Positions 29,601 through 43,326 of a stretch of 64,000 bases of DNA are shown one piece after another. A model generated the notes under the pieces. It saw nothing but the letters and a program-made list of their open reading frames with translations, was not told where the DNA came from and made no database searches. Location: contig JAHBSF010000002.1 of NCBI GenBank assembly GCA_019639255.1, positions 5,117 to 69,116 of the forward strand, written 5' to 3'. How positions within the stretch are numbered: position 1 is the first letter of the stretch; each line of letters starts with the position of its first letter. Position numbers and translations under genes: made by a program. The stretch comes from Acidobacteriota bacterium. GTDB taxonomy: Bacteria; Acidobacteriota; Blastocatellia; RBC074.

Positions 29601-32600
29601 ATCGGATACGCACGCGAAGCCTGCCGCAGCGGATTGGAGAACGGGGATTTCACCTACGGCGTTTACGGCGCATTCACCGAATCGTGGGCGGGGCTGCTGA
29701 GTGCACCGAATCTCGCAGTCTTCATACGCGACTATGCCCCGAACACGGAGCTTTTCAGGAGATTGAATGCTTCGGCGATCGCCGACGCACAGGAGTTGAT
29801 CCTGAACTGGGCGCGCGCGCTTCGCGGCGAAACCGGATCACCCGCAAGCCTGTCGCACGGAGATTTTGACGAATCCCATTACATTGAAAAGTACCGCGAC
29901 GCCCCCTTCATCGCCGTCTATTACATCGTCGCGCGAATGCATCTGTTTTATCTGCACGGCGATATGGACTCCGCGCGGGATATGGCGCATCGCGGCGACG
30001 AAATAATTCACCATCTGAAAGGGACGATCTGGCCCGTAGAATTCCGGTTCTGGAAATCCCTGATCGCAGCAGCAGACCACACAAGCCGTGATGAAAAGAA
30101 CGGAGGTCCATATCACGAGGACCTGGATGAGGCGTGCAGATCTTTCGCCGTACTTGCAGCGAACTGCCCGGAAAACTTCTCGTGCCAGTCGCTCATACTG
30201 GAAGCCGAACGCGAAAGACTTGCGGGCAATGCGGCGCCGGCGATGAATCTTTATGAACGGGCCATCGAGTATGCCGCACATACCGGTTCAATCCGTTATC
30301 GCGCGCTCGCGCTTGAACTGTGTGCACGGCTTCAGGCGGCGGAAGGCCGCAGAAATGTTGCAGCTCTGTTTGCCGCTGAAGCGCGCGCCTGCTATCTGGC
30401 CTGGGGCGCGGTAACGAAATGGGAGCAGTTGGGAAGCCTATATCCGGAGGCGGTACGAACACACGAGGGGGCGACCGCATACGGACAATGGCGAGCAGGA
30501 TTGCCGGGGCAGGTAAAACCGGAAGGTAGTGACGGCAACAGGGCCCTTGATCACTTAAGCGTTCTGAAGGCGGCCCAGGCGATTGCCGGTGAAATGGAGC
30601 CCGACAAACTGCTGGCAAAGCTTACAAGAATTGTTACCGAAAATGCAGGAGCTACACGCGGATGCCTGTTGCTTGAATCGGCGAATGGCGCCCGCCTGCA
30701 CGCTGAATGCAGGACCGACAGCCGGGCTGATATTGACCGGGTAATTCTGCACCGGGCGGCGCCCCTGGCTGATTTGCAGGATCTTCCCGCCAGGCTGATC
30801 AACTACGTCAGACGTTCCGGAGAAAGCATCGTGCTGGAGGACGCCGCACTCGATGAGCGCTACGGCGATGAACCCCATTTTGCCCGCAACGGGGTCCGCT
30901 CGATTATGTGCGTTCCGGTAATAAATCAGGGCAGGCTCGTGGGCGTAATTTATCTTGAGAACAACAAGACCGCGAGTGCTTTTACGTCGAACCGGATATC
31001 GGTATGCGGAGTACTTGCATCGCAGGCTGCCGTATCGCTCGAAAACTCCCGTCTATACGACGAAATGAAATCGGGCAGGGAAACCCTGAAATCGATTATG
31101 GAGGGCACGGCTGCTGTCACGGGCGGCGATTTTTTTGCCTCACTGGTTCGACATCTGGCGTCGGCGATTCCGGTCAAAATCGCATTCGTCACCGAATGCG
31201 CAAACTCCGAACGCTCGCGCGCTCGCACGGTGGCATTCTGGGACGGCAAGGGTCTGGCGGAAAATTTTGAGTATGAAGTGCGGCAAACTACATGCGAAAA
31301 GGTCTACGCGGGCGAAACCTGCTTCTATGCCGACGAACTCCAGAAGCTGTTCCCCCAAGAAAAAGCGCTCACTGTGCTCGACGCTCAAAGCTACATCGGA
31401 CTTCCCATATTCGATTCGCAACACGAAGTCATAGGACACCTTGCCGTAATCGACGATGAACCGATGAACGAGCCGAGGGGAATGGAAATCCTGAAAATAT
31501 TTGCAGCACGCGCCGGGGCTGAACTCGAACGTATGGCGGCCGAGGCCGGTTTGAGGCGAGCAATGGCGGAAATCGAACAGTTAAAGAATCGACTGCATGC
31601 GGAGAATATTTACCTGCAGGAAGAAATCCGCTGCGAGCACAACTTTGATGAAATCGTGGGCACAAGCCCCGCGCTCATTGAAGTATTGCAACAGGTGGAA
31701 CGCGCCGCACCCACCGATGCCACGGTCCTCATACTGGGTGAAACCGGCGTCGGAAAGGAACTCATAGCGCGTGCAATACACGATCGCAGCCCGCGCAGGA
31801 CGCGGCCGCTGGTGAAGGTCAACTGCGGGGCCATTTCGTCGGGACTGGTCGAGAGCGAACTGTTCGGACACGTTAAGGGCGCATTCACCGGAGCGCTCGA
31901 CAAACGTACGGGCAGGTTTGAACTCGCGAACGGCGGCACCATCTTCCTCGATGAAGTCGGCGAACTCCCGCTCGAAGCCCAGGTCAAACTGCTGCGCGTG
32001 CTGCAGGAAGGCGAATTCGAACCCGTAGGCAGCAGCAAAACCGTCCGGGTCGATGTGCGCGTCATTGCGGCTACCAACCGGAACCTGGATGAAGAAGTCC
32101 GGACCGGACGCTTCCGCACCGATCTGTTTTACCGACTGAATGTGCTGCCGATAAATACTCCGCCGCTGCGCAGCCGGCGCTCCGACATTCCGCAGCTCGC
32201 AATGTTCTTCGCCGCACGCTTCGCACGACGGTTCGGCCGCGCAATAGATTCCATATCTCAGGAAACTGTTGACCGTATGGTGAACTACCACTGGCCGGGC
32301 AACATACGCGAACTTCAAAACCTGATCGAACGCGCCGTAATTCTCAGTACGGGTTCCGTACTTTCGATTTCGCCCGAACTCATCCCACTATCCCCGCCCC
32401 ATCAGGAGTACACAATCGACACACACCGCTCCTACAGCCTCCCCCAAATCCATATTTCTCCCTCGCCGGCAACCGAAAAGTACAATTCCCCTCCCCCCAC
32501 GCTCGTTGAACTGCAACGCCAACACATACTCAATGTTCTCAACCAGACCAAATGGGTAATTGAAGGCAAACACGGCGCCGCCAGACTCCTCGACCTTCAC

Positions 32601-32666
32601 CCCAATACCCTTCGCAGCAAATTGAAAAAAATGGGCATCAAACGCCCAACCTCACCCGCTTCCTGA
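26625..32666 (+). CDS. Giant (2013 aa) signalling protein: degenerate Ser/Thr-protein-kinase-like domain + AAA16/STAND P-loop NTPase + helical (TPR-like) region + GAF domains + sigma-54 interaction (AAA+) domain + Fis-type HTH
   Basis: A continuous ORF. Kinase-fold landmarks run through aa 1-270 ('GYCAPE', 'LGVLFYELITGRLPF'), but 'HRRRIVLRCINPEG' and 'IVDMSLA' replace HRDLKPEN and DFG. The Walker A is 'VQGESGIGKTSL'. GAF-like blocks follow ('CVPVINQGRLVGVIYLEN', 'YIGLPIFDSQHEVIGHLAV'). The EBP motifs are 'ILGETGVGKE', 'ELFGHVKGAFTGA' and 'RVIAATNRNL'. The C-terminal HTH is 'AARLLDLHPNTLRSKLKKMGI'. Confidence 0.85.
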   Translation: MFPGYTVTQEISSDSVYSRYRLYRARRVADGQPVLIKAAKPKSNGPHGDELLAREYNILHSLNVESVPKVIELLHTPAGVHLVICDPGGLPLCTELAPGRITLDQFLRLAVRITSAVGEIHRRRIVLRCINPEGVFVDPSQDRISIVDMSLANPIAPPASDLPSEDDLQGLLGYCAPELTGRMNRAVDFSSDLYSLGVLFYELITGRLPFESSDPIELIHRHLAVTPLEPAAVDPHIPEQLSRLVMKMLAKAPEDRYQTAAGLYADIETCTRDWMHSGRIRRFALGACDVADSFSAPEKLYGRQREAEDLTTALNRACSGRTTIVLVQGESGIGKTSLILQLCKPMIRRRGYFITGKFDQVCSATPYGVLIRALRELVSQLLGESEAQLATWRARLSEVLGANAGAIAEVLPEIELILGKQPPSPSVAPAEALNRFQSVFHNLIAAVARPEHPLVVFLDDLQWADAGTLELIQTMLTRNSTLSLLLIGAFRDGETDDDHPLSRVLATMESAGIAIERIIPAPLNREDMERMLAETLRCNAEQSASLASYLLDKTGGNPFFVTQLLKSLSEEGRLRFDQMRRQWVYRIDEETDESSGNEAVDLITRRLIRLSDDARHALTAASLMGNSFDAATIAIVTDRPSDVTVKALLEAVEQTFLIQSQEQTFSFLHDQVQLAAYSLIPERDRPSVHLAVGRLLQTRGEPVSEDDHLFDVVHHLNIGAGLIEDHAERLALARLNLSAGGKALRATAFDAARGYFTAGARLIQEDEWTTEYELAFALHHGAAECSYLCRDFDSADSAFGELIKRARTNTDRASIFNLRIVQYEYQSRYEDAINCARTALEPFGVHLPETGSVQQELESEMESIDLLLGGRRIADLADLPSATQPEIRMVMKLLTATWPSAYISGRQALTRLLSATIVRLSLEYGNAEESAYGYVTHAITLGPVREDYHAAYEFGLLALEVNERFNDRRLRAKVFQQFNAHVNLWRRPLETCIGYAREACRSGLENGDFTYGVYGAFTESWAGLLSAPNLAVFIRDYAPNTELFRRLNASAIADAQELILNWARALRGETGSPASLSHGDFDESHYIEKYRDAPFIAVYYIVARMHLFYLHGDMDSARDMAHRGDEIIHHLKGTIWPVEFRFWKSLIAAADHTSRDEKNGGPYHEDLDEACRSFAVLAANCPENFSCQSLILEAERERLAGNAAPAMNLYERAIEYAAHTGSIRYRALALELCARLQAAEGRRNVAALFAAEARACYLAWGAVTKWEQLGSLYPEAVRTHEGATAYGQWRAGLPGQVKPEGSDGNRALDHLSVLKAAQAIAGEMEPDKLLAKLTRIVTENAGATRGCLLLESANGARLHAECRTDSRADIDRVILHRAAPLADLQDLPARLINYVRRSGESIVLEDAALDERYGDEPHFARNGVRSIMCVPVINQGRLVGVIYLENNKTASAFTSNRISVCGVLASQAAVSLENSRLYDEMKSGRETLKSIMEGTAAVTGGDFFASLVRHLASAIPVKIAFVTECANSERSRARTVAFWDGKGLAENFEYEVRQTTCEKVYAGETCFYADELQKLFPQEKALTVLDAQSYIGLPIFDSQHEVIGHLAVIDDEPMNEPRGMEILKIFAARAGAELERMAAEAGLRRAMAEIEQLKNRLHAENIYLQEEIRCEHNFDEIVGTSPALIEVLQQVERAAPTDATVLILGETGVGKELIARAIHDRSPRRTRPLVKVNCGAISSGLVESELFGHVKGAFTGALDKRTGRFELANGGTIFLDEVGELPLEAQVKLLRVLQEGEFEPVGSSKTVRVDVRVIAATNRNLDEEVRTGRFRTDLFYRLNVLPINTPPLRSRRSDIPQLAMFFAARFARRFGRAIDSISQETVDRMVNYHWPGNIRELQNLIERAVILSTGSVLSISPELIPLSPPHQEYTIDTHRSYSLPQIHISPSPATEKYNSPPPTLVELQRQHILNVLNQTKWVIEGKHGAARLLDLHPNTLRSKLKKMGIKRPTSPAS

Positions 32667-32708
32667 ATTCCCGGGTGCACATATTCCCGGCAAATCCCGG
32701 TTGAGGTG

Positions 32709-32818
32709 GGGAGAGAGATAACAAAACAAACGAAATAAGACGGAAACTACGGAAATATTCAACCTTTCCGTTCTTTCCGTTTTATTTCGTTTGTTCCGTT
32801 ATCTCTCTCACGAAATGT
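32709..32818. repeat. Hairpin repeat family 1, copy C, 43 bp downstream of the giant regulator stop
   Basis: 'GGAGAGAGATAACAAAACAAACGAAATAAGACGGAAACTACGGAAATATTCAAC-CTTTCCGTTCTTTCCGTTTTATTTCGTTTGTTCCGTTATCTCTCTC'. Confidence 0.7.
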
Positions 32819-33110
32819 CGCGGCCACGAAATTTGTATGGCTCAATAGCCCTCGACAATTCGTGGGAGACGGATTTGAGATGATGGGTAGCAGTGTGTAT
32901 TTCATTGCAAATGCATAGTTTATGAGTAGCGGTGAGGAGATCGGGTCAACGGCACAAGCGTTGCCGTTGTGAGTGAGAAGGCAGAAAGGAGGGGAAAAGG
33001 CGTTGCGAATAAACGAGGAGTATATAGAGGAGCGGGCGACGAGGTAGCAGCTTGAGAGAAATCTGGTGAATCAATCGCACCGGATCTAATGATGCCGGAA
33101 AGGGAGAGTT

Positions 33111-33656
33111 ATGTTCAATTCACAAAATATGAATGAGTTTGAAGACGGGGCCCTGCCTTTGAGGAACCTGCTGTACGGGACCGCGAGGCGCGCACTCGGG
33201 AATCCTGCCGAGGCCGAAGACGTAGTGCAGGAAACCTACCTGCAAGCGTGGAAATCGTTCCACCGCTTTCAGCCCGGAACCGATTTGAGGGCCTGGATGT
33301 TCAAGATTCTCTTTCACGTCATACAGCATCACAGGCGCAAGTCCTGGAGGCTTGTGACGGCAGGGGAGGACGAAAGCGGGATCTTTAAATCGATTGCGTA
33401 TGAACCTCCGGCCGCGCAGGAACTGCGCGACGAAGATTTCATCGCCGCTCTTGATCAGGTGCCGCAATATTTTCGCTCGGTAATCCTGCTTGCCGACGTG
33501 TATGAATATTCCTACAAGGAAGTCTCCCGAGCACTGGGCATACCATTAGGGACGGTGATGTCCAGGCTCAGTCGCGGCAGGCAAATGCTGCGCCCTCATC
33601 TTGCACGCTTTTCATCCCCGGCGGTATCAGACGTTCGGGCGCCGCTTGCGGCGTAG
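33111..33656 (+). CDS. ECF-subfamily RNA polymerase sigma-70 factor
   Basis: Region 2 is 'AEDVVQETYLQAWKSFHRF...LRAWMFKILFHV'. Region 4 is 'YSYKEVSRALGIPLGTVMSRLSRGRQML'. No anti-sigma ORF lies adjacent. Confidence 0.8.
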   Translation: MFNSQNMNEFEDGALPLRNLLYGTARRALGNPAEAEDVVQETYLQAWKSFHRFQPGTDLRAWMFKILFHVIQHHRRKSWRLVTAGEDESGIFKSIAYEPPAAQELRDEDFIAALDQVPQYFRSVILLADVYEYSYKEVSRALGIPLGTVMSRLSRGRQMLRPHLARFSSPAVSDVRAPLAA

Positions 33657-33677
33657 GTCTCAACACCGCGATTTGCG

Positions 33678-34691
33678 TCACTGCTTCAGGTATTTGTCAA
33701 ACCACTCGATTGCGAGCCTGATGGATTCGGCGTATGCCTCGCGGTAAATGCCGTAGTGGGTGATGCCGGGAATGAGGACGTATTTCTTGTCCTTTCCCGG
33801 CGTCAGTTCGTAGGCGCGTTTTGCGTGGTGGGCGATGTCGAAGAGTTCTTCCTTCTCCGCGTCGATATACAATGCAGCGCACCGCAACCGCGCCGCATCT
33901 TCGACAAACCCGGCCCGCATCAGTTTGTCCCTTACGGGCGCGCCTATGAGATTGCCGTAGACGCCCTGTTTGCGCGCGGGCGGATACCCGATCTCGCCGC
34001 GTGCGCGCTGCGTGGCTTCCTCGTAGGCCGTCTTGAGTTGCTGCTCTTCCGGGCCGCCAAGCACAGTGATGGCCTTCGGGCGCGAATCGATCGCCGAAAC
34101 CTGGCTTACTATGGCCTTTACGCGCGGATCGTGCGCCGCTACGTGCACGATGTGACCGCCCGAATAACTCGATCCGCGCAGTCCGATCCTTGCGGAATCC
34201 ACCATCGGTTCACCCATCGCCCAGTGTATGGCGTTGAACCAGTCGGCTACGAATTCCAGCGGATCGACCACCTCTCGAACTTCCATTACCTCGGCGGTGA
34301 ATTTCTGATGCTCTCCGGATTTGGGTTTTACCGGCGAGGAACCCGCAAGAATCAACCGAGCATCGCTTTCGCCCCAGCCGCGATAATCGAACGTCAGCAC
34401 AAGGTAACCCGCTTTTGCTATATCGATCGAATCCCGGCGGAATGCTGCGGCCGTGCCGCCCCAGCCGTGCGCCTGAATCACGGTCGGGAGTTTCTTTCCG
34501 GTCAATTCCTTGAGCCAGAAAAGCTCGCCGTGCATTCGCACGCCCTCGCTCATTATGTTCACACGCCGGTACTCGATGCCCTCGGGCGGCCTGAAACCCG
34601 AAGGAGTCTGCGCCTGCTGCGCCGCTGCAAGCGAACAAACTACGAGCGCCGCACCGATAAACAGTCTGAAAGCGGATTTGCGTTTAGACAA
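33678..34691 (-). CDS. Secreted alpha/beta hydrolase, CocE/NonD (S15-like) type, paralog 1
   Basis: It has a signal peptide, 'AHGWGGTAAAFRRD...LTFDYRGWGESD' and a GxSYxG-type nucleophile elbow 'GLRGSSYSGGH'. Confidence 0.7.
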   Translation of the reverse strand: MSKRKSAFRLFIGAALVVCSLAAAQQAQTPSGFRPPEGIEYRRVNIMSEGVRMHGELFWLKELTGKKLPTVIQAHGWGGTAAAFRRDSIDIAKAGYLVLTFDYRGWGESDARLILAGSSPVKPKSGEHQKFTAEVMEVREVVDPLEFVADWFNAIHWAMGEPMVDSARIGLRGSSYSGGHIVHVAAHDPRVKAIVSQVSAIDSRPKAITVLGGPEEQQLKTAYEEATQRARGEIGYPPARKQGVYGNLIGAPVRDKLMRAGFVEDAARLRCAALYIDAEKEELFDIAHHAKRAYELTPGKDKKYVLIPGITHYGIYREAYAESIRLAIEWFDKYLKQ

Positions 34692-34710
34692 TTTAGTCCT
34701 CCCTGGTCTG

Positions 34711-34766
34711 AAGAGAGATAACGGAACTAACGAAATGATACGAAAATTACCGAAAATTGGTCAGAT
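34711..34766. repeat. Hairpin repeat family 1, copy D (left arm only; right arm replaced by the 3' end of the PQQ dehydrogenase gene)
   Basis: 'GAAGAGAGATAACGGAACTAACGAAATGATACGAAAATTACCGAAAATTGG' ends at the TAA of the minus-strand gene. Confidence 0.55.
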
Positions 34767-36794
<2,028 letters not shown>

Positions 36795-36965
36795 AACTCC
36801 TCCCGGGTTTGGGAAAAAACTCAGTCGATACTTACCGACCGGTTAGCATCGGGCGGCAGTATACGTGTAAAATCCCCGTGCGGAAAGCCGCAGACCGATT
36901 TTACGGTTCGATAAGAGACAGAGGTTGATCGGGGCGGGAATCCGCCATATCAATGGAGGCGCAGC

Positions 36966-38021
36966 GTGCACACAATCAGTTTGCTCACCCGTGCGATCGC
37001 ATTGTTGATTCTGGTTGCTTTCGTGGGTTCGGTATCGGCTGTATCGGCGCAGCAATCGCCCGCCTCGACCGGGGCGACGCGCCCGCCCGACCCTGCCCGG
37101 TTCGCTCCCGTTCCTTCGGCGCAGTTCCGTGCACCGGACGACATAGACTTCAGGACCGCAAACATTACGAGCGAGGGAGTGCGGCTGCACGCCGAACTCT
37201 TTTCATTAAAATCCCTCGCAGGCAAACCGTTGCCGACAATAATTCAGGCGCATGGATGGGGCGGCACGGCGGCGAATCTCCGTCGCGATGCGGTGGATAT
37301 GGCCGCCGCTGGATTCCTCGTCATCACGTTTGACTATCGCGGCTGGGGCGAAAGCGACGCGCGGTTGATTCTCACCGCACCGTCCCCGGTAACACCTAAA
37401 TCCGGGCAGAACCAGAAATTCACGGCCGAGGTAGTCGAGCAGCGCGAGTACGTAGACCCGCTCGAACAAACTACCGACTGGTTCAACGTCATTCACTGGG
37501 CCGCAGGTGAAACAGCCGTGGACAAGGACCGAATCGGGCTGCGCGGATCGAGTTTTTCGGGCGGCCACGTAGTATATGTCGCGGCGCGGGAACCCAGGGT
37601 AAAAGCCGCCGTATCGCAGGTAGCGTCGCTTGACGGGCGTTGGGTTGGAGCGGATCGCGAGCAACTGGAAATTACGCGCAGGGAGGCTTCAGCGCGAGCG
37701 CACGGCGAGGCGTACCCGGCGCCGCGCTCGGTCGTTGTGGGTCGTCTGATCGGAGCGCCGATACGCCAGAAGTTCATGCATTTCGCTCCGGTTGAAGATG
37801 CCGCTGCGATCAGGGATGCGGCGATACTGTTTATCGTGGCGGAAAAGGAAGAACTCTTCGACAATAAGGATCATGCAAAACTCGCATACGATCGAATGCC
37901 CGGCGCAAAAAAGAAGTACGTCTCAATACCGAACATCACGCATTACGGCATTTATCGCGAATCGCGCGATGAAGCGATCCGGCTAGCTATCGAATGGTTC
38001 GATCAATATCTGAAAAAGTAG
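36966..38021 (+). CDS. Secreted alpha/beta hydrolase, CocE/NonD (S15-like) type, paralog 2
   Basis: It is collinear with 33678..34691: 'AHGWGGTAANLRRD...ITFDYRGWGESDARLIL', 'GLRGSSFSGGH', and the C-terminal 'HYGIYRESRDEAIRLAIEWFDQYLKK' versus '...HYGIYREAYAESIRLAIEWFDKYLKQ'. Confidence 0.7.
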   Translation: MHTISLLTRAIALLILVAFVGSVSAVSAQQSPASTGATRPPDPARFAPVPSAQFRAPDDIDFRTANITSEGVRLHAELFSLKSLAGKPLPTIIQAHGWGGTAANLRRDAVDMAAAGFLVITFDYRGWGESDARLILTAPSPVTPKSGQNQKFTAEVVEQREYVDPLEQTTDWFNVIHWAAGETAVDKDRIGLRGSSFSGGHVVYVAAREPRVKAAVSQVASLDGRWVGADREQLEITRREASARAHGEAYPAPRSVVVGRLIGAPIRQKFMHFAPVEDAAAIRDAAILFIVAEKEELFDNKDHAKLAYDRMPGAKKKYVSIPNITHYGIYRESRDEAIRLAIEWFDQYLKK

Positions 38022-38025
38022 GTAA

Positions 38026-38125
38026 GGAAGAGATAACGGAACAGACGAAAATAGACGAAAACCACGGAAAAGTTGAATATTTCCGTAATTTTCGTCTTTT
38101 TTCGTTTGTTCCGTTATCTCTCTTC
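38026..38125. repeat. Hairpin repeat family 1, copy E, at the convergent junction of hydrolase paralog 2 and coxD
   Basis: 'GAAGAGATAACGGAACAGACGAAAATAGACGAAAACCACGGAAAAG-TTGAATATTTCCG-TAATTTTCGTCTTTTTTCGTTTGTTCCGTTATCTCTCTTC'. Confidence 0.7.
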
Positions 38126-38142
38126 TCTCTGCTGACGGGCGT

Positions 38143-38457
38143 TCAAAGGTTGGGTTCGGGCCAGCCGTGGCGCGTCAGGTAATCCATCATCGTGAACGCT
38201 ACCATTATGATCAGCCAAAGCACGCCGGAGAAAACCACGACCTGCGTCAGTTTCGAGCTGTAGCGCACGTGCATGAAATACAGCACGACGAGCGTCGCTT
38301 TTATTACCGCGATCGTCAGAGCGACTATTGCGTTGAGCGGCCCCCAGATTACGGTCAGGTCATATTTTGCGGTTATGACCGTCGCTGCGGTCAGCACCAT
38401 CAGGGCGAGAAAGATGAGTACGTATACGCGGACCGAAACGATATGTTCCTGTGACAT
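38143..38457 (-). CDS. coxD: Cytochrome c oxidase subunit IV (caa3-type, CtaF/CoxD family)
   Basis: 104 aa with 3 TM helices ('VYVLIFLALMVLTAATV'). It is the last gene of the cox cluster. Confidence 0.72.
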   Translation of the reverse strand: MSQEHIVSVRVYVLIFLALMVLTAATVITAKYDLTVIWGPLNAIVALTIAVIKATLVVLYFMHVRYSSKLTQVVVFSGVLWLIIMVAFTMMDYLTRHGWPEPNL

Positions 38458-38460
38458 AGA

Positions 38461-39153
38461 TCAGTGCCCTCCCAGGTGAAACCCGAGCAGGTACAGCAGC
38501 GGGAAAAGGAAAATCCACACGATATCGACGAAGTGCCAGTACAATCCGCCGAGTTCAATGGGCGCGTGATACTCCGGTGAATACTTTCCGCGCCACGCAA
38601 AATAAATAAGCACGAGCAACATCCCCGCGCCCACAACCATGTGCAGCGCGTGCAATCCGGTCATCGCAAAATAAAGCCAGAGAAAAATCCGCGCCTGATC
38701 CGCCAGTTGCGGATCGTGTCCCGGCTCGTGCGTCCAGTCGTAAAAGCCGACTGCCGGAAAAAGATGATGCTCGAATTTGTGCTCGTATTCGACAGCCTTT
38801 ACGCCCAGAAATACGCTCCCGAGTATGAGCGTGAGGACCAGGTACACAATCAGCATCTTCTGTTTGCCGGTCTGCGCGCAATATACCGACATCGCCATGG
38901 TCAGACTGCTGAGTATGAGGACCACGGTGTTGAAGCCGCCCAGGTAGACATCCAGTGTATTGCTGGCGGCTTCGAAACCGGCCGGGTATTTGGCGCGGTA
39001 GATGATGTAGGCAAGAAACAGCCCGCCGAAGAACATAATTTCGGTGAGCAGGAAAACCCACATCCCGATCGTGCCCGCTTCGCGCTGTTGCTCCATCGTA
39101 TCGAAATGGTGCTTGAGCGCCGGGTGGTGTTTGATCGTGTGACTTTCAGCCAA
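38461..39153 (-). CDS. coxC: Cytochrome c oxidase subunit III
   Basis: '[24 protein letters not shown]' and '[21 protein letters not shown]' are the subunit III signatures. Confidence 0.85.
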   Translation of the reverse strand: MAESHTIKHHPALKHHFDTMEQQREAGTIGMWVFLLTEIMFFGGLFLAYIIYRAKYPAGFEAASNTLDVYLGGFNTVVLILSSLTMAMSVYCAQTGKQKMLIVYLVLTLILGSVFLGVKAVEYEHKFEHHLFPAVGFYDWTHEPGHDPQLADQARIFLWLYFAMTGLHALHMVVGAGMLLVLIYFAWRGKYSPEYHAPIELGGLYWHFVDIVWIFLFPLLYLLGFHLGGH

Positions 39154-39227
39154 GGTTTTTCTCCTGTTGCCCGCGAATCTTAAATAACAACCGGTAAAGA
39201 TCCGCCGGGGCCTCTTTGGCGAATTGT

Positions 39228-40895
<1,668 letters not shown>

Positions 40896-40936
40896 AATGC
40901 ACCCCTGTCGCTCTGAATCGCCTCTGTTGATTAGGA

Positions 40937-42843
<1,907 letters not shown>

Positions 42844-42844
<1 letters not shown>

Positions 42845-43296
42845 TATTTCCCCTTGGCTGCCGCTGCCGTCGGCGAAGGCACGGGCATCCCCTTCTCAAG
42901 GACTATCTTTTTGGCTTCCTCTATGGGAATACGAACGACGCCCGTCCCCTTGTCGACCCAACTGTAGGAGGTCAGGGCGGCCTGCTCCTGTTCACGGTAC
43001 AGTTTCATTTCATCGAGAGGCAGGACTTCGCTGCCCGGCGCACCCTGCAGTCTCGGCATCGGCGGCAGACGCCGCACCCCCGGCGGGTTTACGCGCGAAG
43101 CCGGAGGCAGTTCGGCCTGTTCCTCCTGGCCTTCGAGAAAGTTCGTATAGTATTTCATCGCCACGAAAATGACGATCGTCGATACGGTCAGCACGACGAG
43201 AAACTTCACGAGCCCGCCGATACTGACGTCGCTCATCTCGTGACCCGGATCCGAATGTTTATCGTTGTCGTGATTCATCTTTGTTCCATCCAGCAT
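42844..43296 (-). CDS. Small membrane-anchored protein between actF and coxB (possible ActG-like accessory subunit)
   Basis: 150 aa with one TM helix ('[21 protein letters not shown]'). It is translationally coupled to coxB. The ActG assignment is speculative. Confidence 0.5.
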
Positions 43297-43326
43297 CGAA
43301 CGCGGCCCGAACGCATCAGAAATGCA

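Noticed and set aside
31581-32318. 245-aa and 169-aa minus-strand ORFs inside the sigma-54 domain region of the giant regulator
   Set aside because: They are antisense to a domain with canonical EBP motifs on the plus strand. This is a shadow-frame artefact.
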